The position numbers and the translations under genes are program-made. The notes beneath the pieces were generated by a model. It was not told the origin of the DNA and did not search any database. It worked only from the letters and a program-made list of their open reading frames with translations. This document shows, piece by piece, positions 61,295-64,000 of a stretch of 64,000 nucleotides of DNA (within the stretch, counting starts at the first letter, position 1; each line of letters opens with the position of its first letter). This DNA comes from an uncultured Actinomycetota bacterium. Its GTDB lineage: Bacteria > Actinomycetota > Actinomycetes > S36-B12. Location of the stretch: NCBI GenBank assembly GCA_963749905.1, contig CAVVOF010000006.1, positions 318,379 to 382,378 of the forward strand, read 5' to 3'.

Positions 61295-62050
61295 GTGCTC
61301 ATCCTGCTCCCGCCCAGCGAGGGCAAGTCCAGTCCCGAGACCGGTCCAGCGCTGGACCTGGGCGCATTGTCCTACCCATCCTTGACGGCCACGCGTCGAC
61401 GCGTGATGGCGGACCTGATCCGGCTGTGTCGCGGCGACCTCGACGCGGCCTGCACCACGTTGGGCCTTGGTCCGACGCAGCGCGGTGAGGTCGGTGCGAA
61501 CGCCCGTCTGCGCCGTCAGCCGTGCGCGCCGGCCATCGAGGTCTACAGCGGGGTCCTGTACGAGGCCCTCGACACGGCGACGCTCACGGCTCGGGCCCGC
61601 GAGCGACTCGATGCGCACGTCTCCATCAGCTCCGCGCTCTGGGGCCTTGTTCGGCCGGGTGACCCGATCCCGGCCTATCGGCTCAGTGGGACCGTCCGGC
61701 TGCCGGAGATCGGTGCACTGGCCGGAGCATGGCGTGCCCCGGTGGCGCGAGTGCTGGCCGAGACCGAGGGCCTGGTCCTCGACCTGAGGTCGTCCGCGTA
61801 CGTCGCGCTCAGCCCGGTGCCCCGCGAGTTGCGCAGTCGTGCGGCGACCGTGCGCGTGCTCACCGAGAAGGACGGCAGGCGGTCGGTCGTCAGCCACTTC
61901 AACAAGGCCACCAAGGGTCGGATCACCCGCGCGCTCGTGCAGTCGCGACGCACGCCCGCCGACGTCGACGAACTGGCGCATGAGCTGACCCGCTCAGGGT
62001 TCCGTATCGAGGTCGGGACGGGAGTCGACGTCATCGTCGACTCCCCCTGA
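61295..62050 (+). CDS. yaaA: peroxide stress protein YaaA family
   Basis: LLPPSEGK, YSGVLY, IPAYRL, DLRS, SHFNKATKG. Confidence 0.9.
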   Translation: MLILLPPSEGKSSPETGPALDLGALSYPSLTATRRRVMADLIRLCRGDLDAACTTLGLGPTQRGEVGANARLRRQPCAPAIEVYSGVLYEALDTATLTARARERLDAHVSISSALWGLVRPGDPIPAYRLSGTVRLPEIGALAGAWRAPVARVLAETEGLVLDLRSSAYVALSPVPRELRSRAATVRVLTEKDGRRSVVSHFNKATKGRITRALVQSRRTPADVDELAHELTRSGFRIEVGTGVDVIVDSP

Positions 62051-62054
62051 TCGA

Positions 62055-62111
62055 TGCTGCGGCACTTGTGGTCGGTTTCCGGGCGGAAAACCGACCACAA
62101 GTGCCGCAGCA
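62055..62111. repeat. intergenic inverted repeat (24-bp perfect arms)
   Basis: tgctgcggcacttgtggtcggttt-ccgggcgga-aaaccgaccacaagtgccgcagca. Confidence 0.92.
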
Positions 62112-62125
62112 CCGGGGGTGCGTGA

Positions 62126-63343
62126 TCAGGTGCCGTGCGGGGGCATCACACCGCGCAGGTGCGCCGCCTCTGCGAAGCCGAACATGGATGAGTGACCGTC
62201 CGGGAACCAGGCAAGGGTGCTGATCGAGCACGGTGGCAGTTCCATCCGGAACAGGCTGGTCAGCGGTGCGCCGACGGCGTCGGCCACCAGCACCTTGATC
62301 GGTGTCACGTGCGCGACCACGAGCAGCCGCTGTCCGGGGTGTTCCGCGATGACTGCGTCGCGGGCGCGCAGGACCCGTCGCTGACAGGCCGCGAATGACT
62401 CGCCGCCCGGAGGTGCCACATCCGTCGATCCGAGCCACTCCTCGAGCTCGGCCGGCCAGCGCTCGCGCACTTCGGCGAAGGTGTGGCCGTCCCAGTCGCC
62501 GAAGGCACACTCGGCGAAACCATCGACGACCGCTACCGGGAGTCCCAGGGCATCGGACACCGCTTGCGCCGTCTGACGCGTCCGCAGAAGCGGCGACGCG
62601 ATGATCCGCTCGATGTCACCGCGCTCTGCGAGCTCCGCGGCCAGCTCCGCGGCTTGCTCCTCGCCCAGCGGCGACAGCGGGGCGTCGTATCCGCCCAGCC
62701 CGCTGAAGCGCTTCTCCAGGCTCAGCGCGGTGGCGCCATGCCTGGCCAGGATGGTGTGGGTCGGGGCAGCGAGGTCAGCCCACCCGACCATCACGTTGGC
62801 CTTCGGACCGCTCGTCGCCTGCTCCTCAGCGACTGCCCGCGAGCGCTCCACATCGATGCTGCCGACGACGTCCTCAGCCAACTCATCCTCACTCGGCGCT
62901 CCGTCGATCCGACGGATGTGCCGAGCGCCATTCGCGAGCGCTGCGTCGATCATCTCGTTGACGAGGCGGTCGGCGACCACGTTCTGCGCCCGCGGGACCC
63001 ATGTGTAGGTGACGTGGCCCGGCGGGTAGATGTCGCGCGCCCTGCGGGCGAGGACCCGCATGTCGGGATGCTTGATCTGCCAACGCCCGCTCATCTGCTC
63101 GACGATCAGCTTGGAGTCGAGGCGCATCTCGACGTTGGCCTGCGGGTCGAGTTCATGCGCGTGCTCCAGTCCGGCGATGGCCCCTCGGTACTCGGCGACG
63201 TTGTTGCTCACCTCCCCGAGGTACTCGGCGAGCTCGGCAAGGACGGTCCCCGTCACGGCGTCACGAACGACGGCGCCGTAGGCGGCCGGTCCCGGGTTGC
63301 CGCGGGAGCCGCCGTCGGCCTCCACGATGAGCGAGCGTGGCAT
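62126..63343 (-). CDS. bifunctional RNase HI / histidine phosphatase (CobC-like)
   Basis: EADGGSRGNPG, NNVAEY, DSKL, AD; then RHG, SPL.R, ECAFG.WDG, VAHVTPIK. Confidence 0.93.
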   Translation of the reverse strand: MPRSLIVEADGGSRGNPGPAAYGAVVRDAVTGTVLAELAEYLGEVSNNVAEYRGAIAGLEHAHELDPQANVEMRLDSKLIVEQMSGRWQIKHPDMRVLARRARDIYPPGHVTYTWVPRAQNVVADRLVNEMIDAALANGARHIRRIDGAPSEDELAEDVVGSIDVERSRAVAEEQATSGPKANVMVGWADLAAPTHTILARHGATALSLEKRFSGLGGYDAPLSPLGEEQAAELAAELAERGDIERIIASPLLRTRQTAQAVSDALGLPVAVVDGFAECAFGDWDGHTFAEVRERWPAELEEWLGSTDVAPPGGESFAACQRRVLRARDAVIAEHPGQRLLVVAHVTPIKVLVADAVGAPLTSLFRMELPPCSISTLAWFPDGHSSMFGFAEAAHLRGVMPPHGT

Positions 63344-63348
63344 CGGCG

Positions 63349-64000
63349 CTAGAGACCCGACTCCGGGGTGCGCACCAGGATGCGTCGGCACTCCTCGCAC
63401 CGGATCACGTCGTCGGGAGGGGCGGCGCGCAGCTCCTCGATCTCGGTGGGCGGCAGCGCCAGGCGGCAGCCCTGGCAGGTGCCGCGATGCAACGGTGCGG
63501 CGCCGACACCGCCGTGGTCGGCCCGGATCTTCTCGTAGAGAGCGAGCAGATCGGCCGGGATCTCGGTGGCGATGAGGTCGCGCTGCTCCTTGACTATCCG
63601 CGCTTCGGCATCGAGTGCCGAGCGCTGCTCATGCACACTGGCCGCCAGGGTCTCGCGCTCGGTCGCGAGGTCGTCGCGCTCACGCCCGAGTTGGACGGCC
63701 GCCGCCTTCGCCCCCTCGACGCGCTCCATGATCTCGAGCTCGACGTCCTCGAGGTCGGAACGGCGGCGGCCCAGCGAGTCGAGCTCGGCCTGGATGGACT
63801 GCAGCTGCTTGGGGTCGCCGATCGTCCCGGAGTCCAGCAGGTGACGATCCCGGGCCATCCGGTCGAGGACCTGCTGCACGTCCTGGTCCGCGCGCGCCTG
63901 GTCGCGTTCGAGGTCGCTCAGGATGGTCTCCGCCGCCACCGTCTCGTCCCGCACCCGCGCCAGTCGGGCCTCCAGCTCCGCGAGGCGGGTGGCGTCGGGC
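63349..64000 (-). CDS. coiled-coil / C4 zinc-ribbon protein, DUF164-like (5' end outside window)
   Basis: Long coiled coil then CQGC...CEECRRIL; usual neighbour of the RNase H fusion. Confidence 0.9.
   Translation of the reverse strand, partial: PDATRLAELEARLARVRDETVAAETILSDLERDQARADQDVQQVLDRMARDRHLLDSGTIGDPKQLQSIQAELDSLGRRRSDLEDVELEIMERVEGAKAAAVQLGRERDDLATERETLAASVHEQRSALDAEARIVKEQRDLIATEIPADLLALYEKIRADHGGVGAAPLHRGTCQGCRLALPPTEIEELRAAPPDDVIRCEECRRILVRTPESGL

Noticed and set aside
61268-61981. N-terminal extension of the methyltransferase ORF to 530 aa
   Set aside because: It is the antisense shadow of yaaA; an RBS-supported ATG lies at 61267.
62126-63343. RNase HI-phosphatase fusion as a novelty
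   Set aside because: This is a known actinobacterial architecture (M. tuberculosis Rv2228c type).

Overview
High-GC actinobacterial chromosomal segment of mostly core, syntenic genes, with no CRISPR array, IS, tRNA or rRNA seen. In order: qcrCAB converging on ctaC-ctaD-ctaF with four small genes between them; an IscS-like gene; aat, adoK, an ErpA/IscA-family gene and nadA; a cyclase-STAND-TPR gene; pspA-htpX-pspAB; a GGDEF protein; a ~9.7 kb cobalamin-riboswitch operon (two exported proteins, ECF transporter, MBL-CobU fusion, cobT, cobS, degenerate second cobT); gcvT, pepA, lpdA, dlaT, lipB, lipA; glnA with a GlnR box, glnE, a GATase, glnA2, nadE; TetR/MFS, panB, a pure pentapeptide-repeat basic protein, map, ROK, MarR, rnpB, yaaA, an RNase H-phosphatase fusion and a zinc-ribbon gene. 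About 16 single-base frameshifts (nearly all +1) interrupt essential genes and are best read as sequencing error. Most interesting: (1) a candidate cobamide capture-and-remodelling system (PhnP-like phosphodiesterase fused to CobU, apparently inactive CobT paralog, split transcobalamin-like pair); (2) an IscS-like protein lacking its PLP-binding residues but keeping the persulfide Cys; (3) a STAND-linked cyclase with non-canonical base-selecting residues; (4) long intergenic palindromes with compensatory changes; (5) a stand-alone histone-H1-like protein. All family assignments are by eye from motifs and gene order, not from database searches.
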